This document shows positions 1-14,441 of a DNA stretch of 64,000 bases, in pieces (the stretch's first letter is position 1; each line of letters starts with the position of its first letter). The DNA lies in contig CAJFCJ010000003.1 of NCBI GenBank assembly GCA_904063045.1, forward strand, positions 2,466,504 through 2,530,503, read 5' to 3'. The notes below the pieces were generated by a model, which saw nothing but the letters and a program-made list of their open reading frames with translations, had not been told where the DNA came from and did not search any database. A program made the position numbers and the translations under genes. Source of the stretch: Dimorphilus gyrociliatus. Lineage: Eukaryota > Animalia > Annelida.

Positions 1-24
1 TGCGATATTCTAATAGTTGGTACT

Positions 25-32
25 ACTTCCGG
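25..32. promoter_or_regulatory. ETS/GABP-type motif ACTTCCGG upstream of centlein
   Basis: Exact ACTTCCGG (reverse complement CCGGAAGT) about 380 bp upstream of the centlein ATG; function is inferred. Confidence 0.35.
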
Positions 33-403
33 TTTACGAAGCTCGTAAGAAAAAGATTATGATTTTTTTGTATAGTATTTATAGAGATAACTAATAATTT
101 ACAGAACAAAAAAAAATACGAAGTTAATTCTTATTTCAAATAATTTTATACGAAAATGCGCTATAAACATAGCAGCCGATACCCGTTTGAAATTTTATAA
201 CAATAGTTTTATAATCATAGTTTTAACAATAACGGCGAATTTGGATATTTTATAATTATATATTACTTAATTATATAGTTACGTTTGTTTTTTCGGAAAG
301 TTATGAAGAATTCTGGCAATTTGTGTAAATATTCAAGTCTGAACTTGTAAACAAAATTGATTATACAAAATTCTTTATTCCAAAATAGGAAAATAACATC
401 AAG

Positions 404-3400
404 ATGAACTTTAATAAATGCCAAAGTTGTGTCAATAACGGTTAGTATGTATAGATTCATTACAGAACAGATTTAAGATATTATATTCAAATTATAGAAG
501 CTGAACTGACAAAGCTACACAGAGAGAGGCAAGTGGCTCTCGAGGAATTATCGCAATGCAAAGTAATACTTTTCTAATGTAGCATTTTTTAAAGTTTTCT
601 CCTAATAATATAATAACTAATAGGCTGATAAGGAGTTTGTTTGGTCATTATGGAAGAGATTACAAATAGCCAATCCGGATATCACTCAGGCTATTAATCT
701 CGTTATTCAAAGGTATTGTTGTATTTGTTGACTTTTTCTGTCCTCTCTAATACAATAAAAAATTTTTGTAGGGAAAAAGAAAAAGGTGAAGAAAAAGATA
801 AAAAGATTCTTCAAATCTTGCAAAATAAAGATGAACAGATATCTTCCTTAAAAAATAATCTGAACGCATATTCTATAGAGTTAAATGAGACAACATCTAT
901 GTAAGAGATATATTTAACAATGAAAAAATGAAATATATAATTTTATTACCAACTGAATTACAGAAAGCAAACCCTTCAGAATAAAATCCTCACTCTTTCG
1001 CAAGAGACAGAAGCTTTAAAGTTTAGGTTACAAGAATTTGAAGAACAAAACAGTTTAAAACGTGTTGAAGAGTTGAACAGAATTAATTGTAATCTAACAG
1101 AAGAAATAAATAATTTACAAAGTCTTGTAAAATCTCAAAGTGAAGAATTAGTGACTTTGGAAAATGAAAATAAAGAGCTAAAGAAAAGTTTAGATGAACT
1201 TGATCCGAAATTAAAACGCTTTGAAAGTTCTTATGAACAATTTGAAATTAAGGTATACATGTTTTATTGATACGAGATAAGTCTAAATTTGCTAAATTGC
1301 AACTTGAAAGGACAAAGAAAATGTTGAAAGTTTGATAACTTTAAAGGAAGAGGTGCTTCGTTTACGAGCCGAAATTAATAATAAAGCCATAGAGTTGGAA
1401 TCTTGCAGGTTTTTTTTAATCTTCGCTTTAAATCGAAAACTTATTGCTTTCTATCCGCTAGAGAAGAGCTTAAAGAATTATGGAATACGCATACCCAAAC
1501 CACAGATCATGCCTCACAGCAATCTAATTTGATAAAAAAATTACAAAATTTACAAAAGGATACAGAATCAGGTTATTTCTGTAAATTTTCATTATCTTTC
1601 ATGTGTGATATGTAATTTTACTTTTTAACAATCAGTTATTAATAAACAAGAAGATGCTTATTCTCAAGAAACAAATTCTTGGCAGCAGGTAAAAGAAACC
1701 TAAATTGAAATTAAATTGTTTCATTCTCCTCTCCTTTTTTTTAGATGTATAATGAGTTAGACAATCGGTATAGACTCCTAATGCAATCAGAAAGTGATGC
1801 ACAGAAAGAACTTAGAAGATTAAAGTCAACATTGTCTGAAAAGGATTTCAATCTCTCCTCGTTACATAAGCAAATAAAAAATTTATGTTCAATAGTAAAC
1901 TACGATAATTTTGCTGAAAATAATGATGAAGAAGTAGGTATTTGTACGGATGATTTAGAGTTGCAAGTTAAGCTATTAGAGGAAAAACTAAAAGAAAAGA
2001 ACAGACTAGAAAGTGAAGATGACACTGAATTTCCCAGGGCGAATAGTGCTATTTTAGAAAAGCGAATAAAATGTTTAGAAGAAAAATTAACTAATACTGA
2101 GGATATGCTTTCAATCAAGGTAAAAATATTTACGCTTTCTAAATATTATGTTAAAATAATTGTCCATTTGTGGTAAAGAGAGAAGAATTGGAAGAATTAC
2201 GACAAGCTCACGATAGAAGAAAGGAAAGACTGAAATCAATTAATTCACAATATAAACTTAGTAAAAAGCAGTTGAAAACCTATGAGCAATATGAAAAAGA
2301 TATGTAAGAATAAAATTGTTGTCATATATAAATCCAGTTTGTTCATTATCTTTTAAACTAAAGGAAGGAACAAAAAAATTCTTTCAAAGCCCTTTCAAGA
2401 CCATCAGCAGCTTCCTTAAGAAAAGAAAATACAAAAGAAGTTTGGAATGAACTTGGTATCTTAAGAAAAGAGAATAAAAATCTAATAATGGAGAGGTAGT
2501 TATTTTTTCTAGAGTCTAATCAGAATTTATTATTTATACCTTTAACTTTGAAGAATGAATTTACAAGAAAAATTGGATGACTATAAAGTTAGAGGCGCTC
2601 AAGATGCTGCCGCTTTACATGAACTGAGAGTTTGTTTACAACAAGAAAAAGAAGGTATGTTACATTTTTTGATTTCAATTATTTTTTCATGATTGGATTT
2701 ATGTTCCCATTAGAATTAAAATTTCAAATACAACAAGCAAGATTAGAGGTTGAGAATAGAGGTCCACCGCCATATTTAATAAAACGAATTAAAGATTTAG
2801 AAGAAGAAAGTAGGTCTATAAAATTACAATTGGACGAGCAGCAAGTCGAAGTAGAGCAACTTCGAGAAGAGAGAAATTTCTTAATAGAGCAATCTAGGTT
2901 TAAAATTATTTTTATTTCTCTTTATTTGGAAAAGGGTGCGGTTTTTTTTTTTCATTGCTGAAAATTTGCTTTTTTTTTAAAGAATTCACAAAAAAGAAAT
3001 AAATAAAGCCAAGCAAGAAATAGCTGAGAAGCATATCGAATTTATCAACGTTAAAAAGGATCTTACTGTTGCCCAGAGAACTATTAAAAAATTGAATAGA
3101 AGACGAGCTATGCTCTCATCAAGCAGAAATAGCATTCACAAGGTTACTATCGTATAACAAATTCTCCTTGTAATATTTAATGGACAAAGCTGTTATCGTT
3201 CTTGTTTCTTGTTTTTACCAAAATAGAAGCAGCCATTAGCGGCACTGTCCCGAATATTGGATGATCAACCTACAGAGGACGAATGGATCGATGAATATAT
3301 TGAAGAACAAAGACCAATTAGAAAAGAAATAAATCAAAAACCTTTAAAGAACAAGGTATATTCTTAAATTTTAACCTATATGGAAGAAAAGCTAGGTCAA

Positions 3401-5193
3401 AAGTGCTGAAGTCGAATGTGTCTTTTAGAGAAGTGAAGATGATTTTATGAAAGATAAACCAATAAAAGAGAAACAGTATAGATCAAGAGCCACTTCACCG
3501 GTAACTGTCCACGAGCAACGGAGTGACTCCAAAGTACAAAAACAACAAACGATTGCTTTAAAACAAAGAATTTCCGCTCTAAATAAACAGGTTTTTTCAG
3601 TTATTTTTTTTCCAAAATTGAATTACATTGACATCAAATGTATTTTTAGGTTTCTTTACTAAAGCAAAGTAGATCCGCTGTACAAAAATCTGAAAGAGAC
3701 TTACGAAAACAATGTGAAGCCTTAAAATATGATTTATCTTTGACAAATCAGAGGTTAAACTCTTCCAAAAATGCTGTTGATCGACTGCAATGCGATCTTG
3801 ATAGATTAAGGGCTGATAAAGAAACCCTGGTGCTAAAACTAGAAGAGAGAGAGGGATCTGTAGATGAATCTGTCAATACTGAAGATATGGTATAACAATT
3901 TCATTATACTTAAGTCTAATAGACCTTTCTACAAATTTTACTATTCAGATAACAAAATCAGAAGCTGAATGGGCAATGCAGTCAGCGAGGCTTAGAGCAG
4001 CTAATGCAGATATAACACGTCAAAGTTGTCAAATCAGAAAACTAAAGCAGGAATTATCGGACCAAAGTGAACGCAGTATAGCTGCAAATGAAAAGTAATT
4101 AAGAGTTTGGTTATACATTTCAAATATATATATATATGTATGTTTTTTTCCATTCATTTTCAGAAACAATCGATTAGAAAGGGATTTAATTTCTAAGAGA
4201 AAGCTTCTCGAAGAGTTTAGAAATAAATTGAACAAAGCTGAACTACAGCAAGAATCTAGAGCACGAAATTCTGCCGAGACAGAAGCAAAAATAGAATCAC
4301 TTACAGAGCTTTCTTCCCGTCAAAAGGTTCAAATTGAATCTCTCAAGCAAAGCTTGAATGCAGCAAACAAAATACGATACGAGGCCGAAGATAAACTCAA
4401 CAAAGTAACGAACGAACTGGATAAAAAGGTGTATTTGCATTTTCTTCTTTAACTTAACATTAATAATGCTTCTGTTCAATACTCTTAGAACCGTCAATTA
4501 AGTGATGCTCGGAAGTCGAAAAATGAATTACAGACGGTTGTTAAAGATGTAGAAAATGCTGCGGAATCTCACATGAAAGATTTGGCTTCGCAAAGCGAAT
4601 CAGCTCTATCAAATGCTCATCGCCACTTAAAAACTACAGAGAATCGTTTGGCTCAGTACCAACAGTTTATTAAAACTTTTTCGAATGAACTATTGGTTTC
4701 TTTATACGAAAATAGGACTGCATTGAGGAGGAAAGAAGAAGATGAGCTTAAAAAGTCAAGAAAGGAAGACGATGGCGATGAAGCGCTGGATAAAGCTAAA
4801 AAAACAGCTGCAGGTATTTTAAATCTTAGTCATTCGGACCTGGAAGAAATTCTTACTGGAAATAGTGATATTGAGAGTAAAGAAAGTAGCCTCTGCTTTG
4901 TAAGTATTCGATTATTAGCATAGAGGTTGAAATACTTGTACGGTTACATAAGAAATATTTTAACTAGGATTCTGACCCAAAATTACACGAAGAAATGCGT
5001 AAAGATCAAAGATGGATGAGAAAAGTACGAAAGTTACTTCGTGAAAAGGTAATTTTCATTAATATTAATAAAATAAATTGTTGAATAGCTGATTTTTCTA
5101 ATTTATTACGTTTTCTAGGAATTCGCTTTTACTCTAACTCAAGCTTTCATGGAAAAAGTCTCTGAAAAATGTCACTTAACCGCTCTATTGTAA
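404..5193 (+). CDS. CNTLN: Centlein (centrosomal coiled-coil protein), about 20 exons
   Basis: Manual splicing through GT-AG introns of about 50-90 nt keeps one open frame from MNFNKCQSCVNNEAEL to KCHLTALL*. It contains ADKEFVWSLWKRLQIANPDITQAINLVIQREKEKGEEKDKKILQILQNKD, matching the conserved centlein N-terminal block. An acceptor at 388 suggests a further upstream exon, so the start may move. Confidence 0.9.
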
Positions 5194-6116
5194 CTAAATT
5201 AACTTGAAATACTAAACTAGATTATTTCTGCAATTAGCTGTATTTATGTTTTTTGTTTATAACATTTGCAAAAGGATGTCTTACTTTCTTTTTTTAATAA
5301 GAAAAGTAACGTTTATTAAATGGGAAAATTCATTCTATATTTCAAGTCATTATGTAAGTAAAACTCTATAAAATTCATGATTTTTATAAAGGGCTGGTTG
5401 TTTTGTATAGTTCTATGGATTTAGTTTACAATATTCACCATAGAACAAATATAACAAAACAATTTCTGATATAGATTATACAGCATGAGGTAATATTGCT
5501 GTGCTAATCTTTAACATTCATTTTAAACAGTTTACAGTCTTGTTAAGTTATACAATAGATAAAGTTTATTACCAATTCTTTCCATTTACCAGCATTGTAG
5601 ATATTGTATTATTTACATTAAAATTGATAAAAAAGGTATTACAACTTATTAGAGCTGTCTTTCTTCATGTTTTTGCCGCGTTGCACTTCAATTGTTGATT
5701 AGATCAATTTACATATTGCGTTCATACCGAATGAGAAGCAATTTACTATGCCTAATAAATTTCAGTTTGACTTAATTTAGATGAATTTGTAATTTTATCA
5801 ACAGATATCTGAATCGATCTCGATACATTCTAGCATAGGCTGATGTCGAAGCCGTATTGTTCTTTTTCTGATAAACAGTATTGGACTGAGCAATTTATTG
5901 ATGCGATAAAAAACAAGAATTATTCTTATGTTATATTATTTATAGAACAATAGATAAACCGAAGATCCCTTTGACATTAAACATTATGAGAAAACAAAGT
6001 TTTTCAATATAATCTACATAATTCTAATCAATTTTGTATAAAATTTTATTTTTAACGAATCAATAAGGGCTATGAAAGTTTAAAGTCTTTGAAATACATT
6101 GTTAATGTATTGAACG

Positions 6117-6130
6117 ATTGCTTGGGGAAC
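6117..6130 (-). promoter_or_regulatory. RFX X-box-like site upstream of the TEX49-like gene
   Basis: Minus strand reads GTTCCCCAAGCAAT, near the X-box consensus GTTNCC-N(0-3)-RGYAAC, about 245 bp before the ATG. Confidence 0.35.
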
Positions 6131-6373
6131 TGCCGCAGCTAAATAAAAAAAAATTGAAAATAGACTTACTTTTAGGCTTTAAAAAAATTAAATATTTCTT
6201 TTGATAATAATTAAATTACAGCTATAAGTTAATCATTTGAAAAAAGCCTAAATAGTATCAGATTACCCGCCTATAAACAAACATGGCGTATCTCCCAGAC
6301 AACGACACAAACTTCCGTTAGCATATTCAAAAACATCTTGAAGGAGTTAGAAAGAGTAAAGTAGCTGGAAATA

Positions 6374-7373
6374 ATGGCTTTTTTCGGTGTTAATCACTTA
6401 GGATATCAAGATCACATCCAAGAGCATGTACGACTTCCGGATGTACATAGTCCCCAGTATGTATTTAGATCGGGAAAGTATAGAGACCCTGAATATAAAA
6501 TGCCGCCCATTGTCGATCGAAACGAACTACCTCAACCTTCTTTGATTCCTCGAAATCAAACATCTGGATACGGTGCAGGACCAATGGGAAGTTATAAAGA
6601 ATTAATGAGACTACGACATAAACATGTCCGAGTGCCGCAAGGTAGACTCATAAGAACTTATTTAGCCTAATTCAAACTGTATCTATATATATATATATGC
6701 ATTAAATATCGATTAAAGAAAATCTTTGTTTTCAAAAATCGACTTTTTTCACCTGTATATAACCCCACCTGGCTCTAAAGCTTAACTTTAATCAGTAAAA
6801 ATAACTTTCTGTTTTTTTTCTCAATATTTAAAAACTATAGAACCAATTGATGTCTATCGTCGACCATGCGTTAATTCCCATTGGACAGCTGAATTTAGAA
6901 AGGATGAACCTTTACAAGAAAGAGAAGCTTGGACAAAAACGGCCAGATTTGTCCATAAAAACAGTGAAATGACAAAGTAAGTAATATCTAAAAAGTTGTT
7001 AAATACTCTTAATCTTTAATCTTTAATCTTTGTAAACAAACTTATAAAATAATTGAATAATTTGTATAGATATTTTTTATAAAAAAAAGTCCTATAGGAA
7101 AAATATAGTAAAAAAAATTGAAAAGAAAAAGTAGTGAGTAAATAGTTTAATAGGCCAAGGACCGTTTTTTCAAACCCAAACGGATATTTTATTGAATAAA
7201 GTCCATTATATTGAACGGGCTATTTTTAGATTATTCGAATTTTATGTCTAAAAATTAGATGATTCGAATTTTTTTGTTTAATGATGATAGTCTATCTCTT
7301 ATATTAATTTTTTTTTTAATTCAGATTTGTGGATGAAATGGCAATGACAAACAGATTATTTAGTATGTTCTAA
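6374..7373 (+). CDS. TEX49: TEX49/SPMIP11-like microtubule inner protein, 3 exons (6374-6641, 6841-6976, 7325-7373)
   Basis: Starts MAFFGVNHLGYQ and ends FVHKNSEMTKFVDEMAMTNRLFSMF*, paralleling the vertebrate TEX49 termini (MAFFNLYLLGYQ ... [20 protein letters not shown], recalled from memory). Splice phases are consistent. Confidence 0.7.
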
Positions 7374-8007
7374 AAAAGGACTACGTCAGGCAGATTGTTT
7401 TCAAACCACCAATTGACATTTCCCTGCTACGTTTATTACTATTACAGGTCATATAGGACTTTGTTTTTATTACATAAGGCTTTTTAGCACGTGTAGTGCT
7501 TATAGGCCTAACAACAACGATTTCAAATTTTTTTAATTGCGTATATGTGCCAATTTATTAGAAAATACAGAGAAATTAAAACATCATTCAAAAATGAAAA
7601 TATTTAAAAATATTAGATAATATAATATCAATTAAAAACATTGTAAGGCTAAATAATTTAAAGATACATGAGACAAGTGCTGCCATCTTGTCAACATGCA
7701 CTGAAGCAAAAGTGGTCAGCTGATTTATTTCACTATAAATAGCCTATAAACATGGATATAAGTTAGTCTAAAACCTCCGACAACACGACACAACTAAATC
7801 AACCTCCGATTTGGAAGGAGCAATCAAACCTTTCTCTATATCGTCAGGACCAACATTGTAGGTAATTGATTATTCCAATCAATTATTATTTGTACTTGTT
7901 GAACGATATAAAGAAACTGATTAATCCTGTTCCTATATTTAGTATCATAAACATATTATCTTATTTTCGTATGTCATTATATTCTTCATAAACAGTCATA
8001 TAGAAAA

Positions 8008-10742
8008 ATGGCACCATCCTCTTCGAAACAAGACCCTCCATTAATCGCTAAATTAGCTAGCGCTGGTCTAGCAGCATGTGTGGCTGATGGAATGACGTTT
8101 CCTTTGGATTTTGCTAAAGTTCAATTACAGGTATTTTAAGGTTTTATGTGTGAAGTGTACCACCAATTGAATGCTTCTCGAATGATCTCTGTCTCACGCT
8201 TTTCAGTGTGTTCTAAACATTTTACTTCAGGTTGAAAGACCTCGAAGAAGAAAGAAGGCCAAGGCCATCTATAGAAAAACAACTTGTTTATGTCTTGTTT
8301 GTCGCACTTTTTCGAAGCATTCAATTACCTTTATCAATAAACAGCCCCTGTCTTGCAATTTATCAAGAACTATTTGCCTATTTGGATGAATAGTTTTAAA
8401 GCAAATGAACCTATGAGCTGTCACAGTTAATTCTATTGAAAATAATTTTATTTTTCTCTAACGTTTTCAGAAAAATAAGAAGGCCAAGATGAAGATTTGG
8501 GGAGGGAGGGCTGGGTTTTCAGGTGCTTGCTGACAGAGCGAAATGGGAATTAAAAGGTGTTTTCTTAAAAAAAATCACAAACTAACAATAGGCAATCTGT
8601 ATTTTCAACTCAATATTTATAAACAGATGGAGTGAATGTTTTAATAGGACTTTTTGTAATAGATTGTAATAGATTGCTGTTCCTTTTCAAGCAGTAGCAA
8701 AAAAAATGATAAAATATTTGAACTCTTTGAAAGGATTGATAGGTGTTTATTTGACCACGCTATATGTAAAATCATCTTATACTATATATTATCAGATTGA
8801 CAGAAAAATAGAAACGATAAGAAAAGGAATTGTTATCGTGACTATAAAATGTAATTTCGCTTATCAGTATATTTTTTTTACTTAACTAAAAGATATACAA
8901 AGATGAGAAGAAGAGAAAAACAAGAATATTTATCAATATATACTGTATATTCAATAACAGGCATACAGTTACATTCAATGAAAAAACTATTGTGTTTGTT
9001 TTTAAGCACTAAAAGCAAGTCGGTCAGGTGTTTCTTATCCTTTTGCCCTTTCTTGCTCCATAATCTTAATATAAAACCTTAATTACTTACGATTATGAAA
9101 TTTAAGACTTTTACTATTTGTCCGAACAGAAAACTGTGTTCCTTCCAGCAATTAATCTATTTATAATTAATTAGAACTTTGAAGATTTTTATAAGCCTTA
9201 TTGCTCAACCATATAAAAACAATCACACCATCTGTTTCTTTTTATGAATATCACAGAATTGCCTGATTTCATTTTAAATATTTCACTAATTAAAGGCGAT
9301 TGTCTCGGATAGATGATCGTTTTATATAAGATGTAAAAAGCTAACCATCCTGCTATATGTCGGATCTTAGATCCAAGGTGAAAAGAGTGCTACAAAACTA
9401 TACTCTGGGATGTTCGACTGTCTGACCAAAATATTTCGAAGCGGAGGTGTCCGTGCCATCTACAAGGGGTTGGTACCTGGTTTACAAAGACAAATGTGCT
9501 TCGCATCCGTCCGAATCGGCCTCTACGATCAGGTGAAGGGCAGCTATACGAAATTTTTTATGGGAAAGCAAAATCCTTCAGGAGAAAATTTTGGCATACG
9601 GATATTAGCAGGAATTACAACAGGAGGAATGGCTGTGTTATTCGCTCAACCAACTGACGTAGTTAAAGTTCGAATGCAGGCGCAAAAGGAAGGATTTGTT
9701 AGGTAATTAGAATTGATTTTTAAAATCGGTTAAATTAATTAATTATTCTTTAAAATGTTATGCTGGAGTTTTAATTCTACTTGTATTTCTATTTAAATTA
9801 ATGTCCATTGGACAATTGCCAACAATTCCAACGATTTATATTTTTAATATAAGCTTGCAACACGTGCTACATGTATGTTGTATATAGCTACCACTCCTTC
9901 AATATTACAATATTGATCAATATATTTGTATTTTGCATATGTATGTATAATTTAAAATTTATTGACCTTTATACTTGATGAACAGACTATGTGTCATACC
10001 TTAGAGCAAAGACGCTAGTGTTTATCAGACGCTGATCAATAACTAGAGAAAGAATGTAGATTTATACTGATACTTATCTTTATATAATAGTATATTCAAT
10101 TACGAATACTGTCATAAAATCTTAATAATTTGCCTTTATTTGTTAAATAGATATAAAGGATGTGTCGAAGCTTATGTTAAAATTGCTAGAACAGAAGGTA
10201 TAAGAGGGTTATGGAAGGGTACCCTACCAAATATGACACGGAATGCTGTTGTTAACGCTAGTGAATTAGTCACTTATGATTATATTAAAACTTCCATTCT
10301 CAAACATCAAATTCTCAAGGACGGTGTTCCTTGTCACTTTTTATCAGCGTTTGGAGCTGGATTTATCACAACAATATTCGCAAGTCCAATAGATGTTGTT
10401 AAAACAAGATTTATGAATTCGCCTCCAGGAGAATATAAAGGTGTTGTTAACTGTGCTACCTCAATGTTTCGCAATGAAGGGTTTTTTGCCTTTTACAAAG
10501 GGTTAGTATGATAAGTAATACTTTTTACACAACAGATAGGTTAAGATACTATTTCGTCATATATTCTTTATGATTGATAAGAATTGCATAATTAATTCTT
10601 TTCTTTTTTCATTGTGAACAGCTTTTGGCCGTCTTTCACAAGACTTGGATCTTGGAATATAGTAATGTTCGTAACATATGAACAATTTAAGAAGTTGTTT
10701 ATAATCAGAAAAAGCTCTAAAGACCCTAAAGAAATTCAATGA
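8008..10742 (+). CDS. UCP2: Mitochondrial uncoupling protein, UCP2/UCP3-like (SLC25), exons 8008-8130, 9371-9702, 10151-10501, 10622-10742
   Basis: Three carrier signatures ([27 protein letters not shown]), [17 protein letters not shown] and [17 protein letters not shown], typical of the UCP1-3 clade. A probable 5'UTR intron lies at about 7862-7995. Confidence 0.9.
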
Positions 10743-11765
10743 ATTTTAATAACATTATGATTTGTAACTGAAACTTGAATTTAACTATGTGTGAATTATC
10801 CAAGCTGTGAAAGTTAATTACGGTGTTGAATTTTCTTCCACTTCCGTGTGTGAATAGTGTTGAAATTACAGTATTCATAGTCTTCTTCCTTTTCAAAACA
10901 CATTGCATTTACATACGTGAATATTCGTTATTTCTTTCTCGCATATATTATGTATATATATTTTGTAAATGAATTATTTTAAATAAAAACAAATTGATAA
11001 CATCTACCACCATTAGTTAGTGTTATTTTCAATTAATTATCTTTCACTTTTGGTATAGATATATACATGTAAACGGTATTACAATGTTGTTTAAAAGTTA
11101 TGTTTCACATAAAAACATAAAAATTTCCAACACGGAAAACCATTCTTAAAATGAATGGATTATCTGAGTCATCTGTGTTTTCAAAACTTTACTCAAATGA
11201 TAATGAGTTTATCTCACAATGAAATACATATATTATTATTAATATATTGAATATGTTTCGAGTATTCAAATAAAATATTATTGAACTCAATATGCAAATG
11301 AGCTTTGAGATGAAGATATTCTCAAGATACCGCCATAAAAAACTCTTTTAGTTTATTTCAAATCATTAACTTTCTTTAAGTTAATCTGACTATTACATCA
11401 AAGAACAATTCTTTGAAATTTTTCTTGGGGTGTTGAGCCTGAAGCTCCGCCCACCTATCTAATGGGAAATAACTGTATCATACGGAAGGTTGACATAGCT
11501 AATTGTTTTTTTCAAAAGAATTTTGATTGAATAAGCATTGATCGAAGCCCTCTAATCTTATAAACAACCTTATTCCAAAAAAGCAAACGGTTAACCACAA
11601 TTAATTAATAAATGACATAAGAAAATACATTTATTCATAGATTTATGAAAGAAATGAGTATTAATGAATATTTTTTAATTCAAACGTAAAACTAAGCATT
11701 GTATCAATTTTATAAACTGAATTATTTAGTCCAAATTTCTGTAAAATCAATTATTGGGCTTGTAT

Positions 11766-11773
11766 CGCCATCT
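11766..11773 (-). promoter_or_regulatory. CTCF-like core (AGATGGCG on minus strand)
   Basis: CGCCATCT between the UCP 3' end and the GPCR cluster. Confidence 0.45.
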
Positions 11774-12990
11774 GTTGTTTATATAAATGTTCTTTTTTCA
11801 TTAGCCTTGTAATTAGGTCTATCATGATTTTACTAATGTAATTTAGTTACTTATAAAATATAATAAGTTATTGTGTTATTTACACCGGCAAAAATGAAAG
11901 GAGATGAAAAATAGATAGGGTTAACTCTCAAAGCTATATTCAAAATTATATACTAGTTTAATTATCTTTATTAAAAATATATAATATTAGTATAATAATT
12001 TAACTACCAGATAGTCCAATGTGAAAGAAAAATTCACGATTAAAGATGATATCATAATGGTACTTCTAGGAAGCCAAAGAAAATAAATGGCGGATGAGAA
12101 ACTTTATTATATGTAATAAACTAATTGTCTATTTGTATCATCACATCATTTGTCTCATGGAGGAAAGGACTGTAAAATGTAGATGTTTATATAATATGCT
12201 AAAAATTTGTATCTAAATATTTTCCATGATATTTACTTGTCTATTGTTGTTTGTTGAAAAAAAGGAATAAAAGTAAATATAGCACAGTACTAGAAGTTAA
12301 TAGTCAAAACGCTGCTGAGTATATAAGAACTTCTTGCTCTTTCAAATTTAAATCAAATCAAAATACATAAATCGAATGCTCAAATAAACAAGTTAAACTA
12401 ATCTATTAAGTAGCATGAAGGATTTGATTGGTTTGTTATAGATAATGAATTTATATAAGAGGTAGAGATATCGTATGAACTAATAATTGACTACCTACTA
12501 GATGTTACATACCATTAATACTGAGGTTAAAGGTTTCAGGTATTGATATGTATAATTAAACTTAAGAAATAATTGCTGTGTTCATAGAAACGGTTTCAAT
12601 GTTTATACTTATATTATAATGATATACTAAACTAGTGTCAAGCAGAAATAACTTCCTTCTACCAACTTACTTAATTAAAAGATCTTTTGTTTAATCGGAA
12701 CAAGAAAAATATGAAAACGAAAGAAATACAGCATTAATTTACTCGATAGTTTTGTAGTCTGTTTGAAAAAGAAAGAATAATGTTATTTAAATATTTCTTC
12801 CTGTATTATACTCATTTTTAGTCTCATTATAGTTTCAATGAAAGGGGGAAAACTTCAAGGTAAAACTTCTACATCTAATGTTAATGATGAAAAATATGTT
12901 TATTAATATATGTAGATACATGATACATACATGCATATGTAATATATAAAAGTATACAGTCATTTTATCTGTGCTACAGAGTTAAGAGTA

Positions 12991-14109
12991 ATGTTTAACT
13001 TAAATATGTCTGTAATAAACGGAACAACAGATCAGCCACTACCTGTGTTTCTAAGAACATCGATAATTTTACTTATAAGTTTATTAATTGTCTGTGGAAA
13101 TGTCTTAGGAATAAGTGTTTTATATCTGACTAAACAAATGCCTTATATACCAAGAATCTGCTTAATAAATATGGGTATGGCTGATTTTTCTGCAGGACTA
13201 TTATCATGTTTACCAGCTACTGCTGCCAGTGTTCTAAATGAATGGCCCTATGGCAAAATTTGGTGCCAAATATCTGGAATAATACATTCAGTCAGTTTAA
13301 CAAATTCCATGTACACAATTGTTCTTGTCTCAGTTGATCGATACTTTGCTATTGTCCATTCCATTAGGTAAGTTTAATTTGAATGACAATTACTGTATAT
13401 TTTCTAGATTTAATATTAATTAATAATGAATTGAATTCAACTTTTTTACAGATATCGTCAAATTGTTACAGTTAAAAGAGTTAAAGCTATGATTATTCTT
13501 ATGTGGACTGTTTCAGCTTTTACTTACTCTCTCCCGATATTATTCTCCAATGGATACGAATACTATATATATCATAAGCCTGCATTCATGTGCAACATTC
13601 AAATTCGTTATTTGTGGTTTTGCCTCTTAACTATACCTTATATACCAGGGTTATGTATTAGCCTTATGATTTTTACAACAGTCAATATTATTAGAAAGTT
13701 AAGAAAAGACATGAAGTTATGCGAAGATTCTGCTCAAAATAGGGCAATTTTAAAGAAGAATATGAAAGCTGCAAAATTAATATTCACTACAGCTTTTATG
13801 TTTGCTATAGGTTTTATTCCTATAACATTAACAGTCTTCATTGATTTATTTTCAAGAAACCCTCCAGTTCGTCCCTATATCGTTGACTTTATCATTATAT
13901 GGGCATTAAATTCAAACAGCTTCATCAATGTGATTGTATTTATATTTATATATTCGTCATTTCGGAGGAATTTTGTTCTTCTACTCTTAAGGATTGTTAA
14001 GTGTCACATAAAATGTAAAGAGCCTAAAATGGAAAAATTCCAACAACGAGAAGATCTATTCTCTGATAGGCCACCTTGTGATCGAAAGTATAATACTATT
14101 TTAATATAA
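12991..14109 (+). CDS. Class A orphan GPCR, paralog A (GPR21/GPR52-like), exons 12991-13367 and 13452-14109
   Basis: Seven hydrophobic segments, WPYGKIWCQISG, DRYFAIVH, TM7 NSFINVIVF. Phase-2 intron right after the DRY region; probable 5'UTR intron 12860-12979. Confidence 0.88.
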
Positions 14110-14441
14110 ATAATTTTATTAATAAGAGTCATTATTGTAAATATAAACGTTACGAAAACACAAAATTATAAAAGTTCTTTACGTCTCCTTTATCATTTAC
14201 TATTAGTGCTCCATGTAAAAGATGGTAGTGTCAATGTTGATGTTTTCTTCAATTCTTCTCTAAACTATATGTTTACTTTGTTAAGACTAAGTTAATGAAC
14301 TTTCGAAACAGTATCTAAGACAATTTCCACTGGTAGATGATAGTCAATCTATATTTATATGTATCCTCTTTCATTTGTCATTGTTATGCAGTTAACATTA
14401 CTAAATTTTTATTGAAAACTATATTTGAATGTTCATTAAAG

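Noticed and set aside
5500-5900. Slightly GC-richer segment with short protein-like fragments on the minus strand
   Set aside because: Fragments are in different frames with stops, no consistent splicing and no recognisable family.
6283-6321. Short ORF MAYLPDNDTNFR* as a uORF of TEX49-like
   Set aside because: It lies only about 10 nt behind a TATA-like box, so probably upstream of the TSS. It is better read as a YY1-like AAACATGGCG site.
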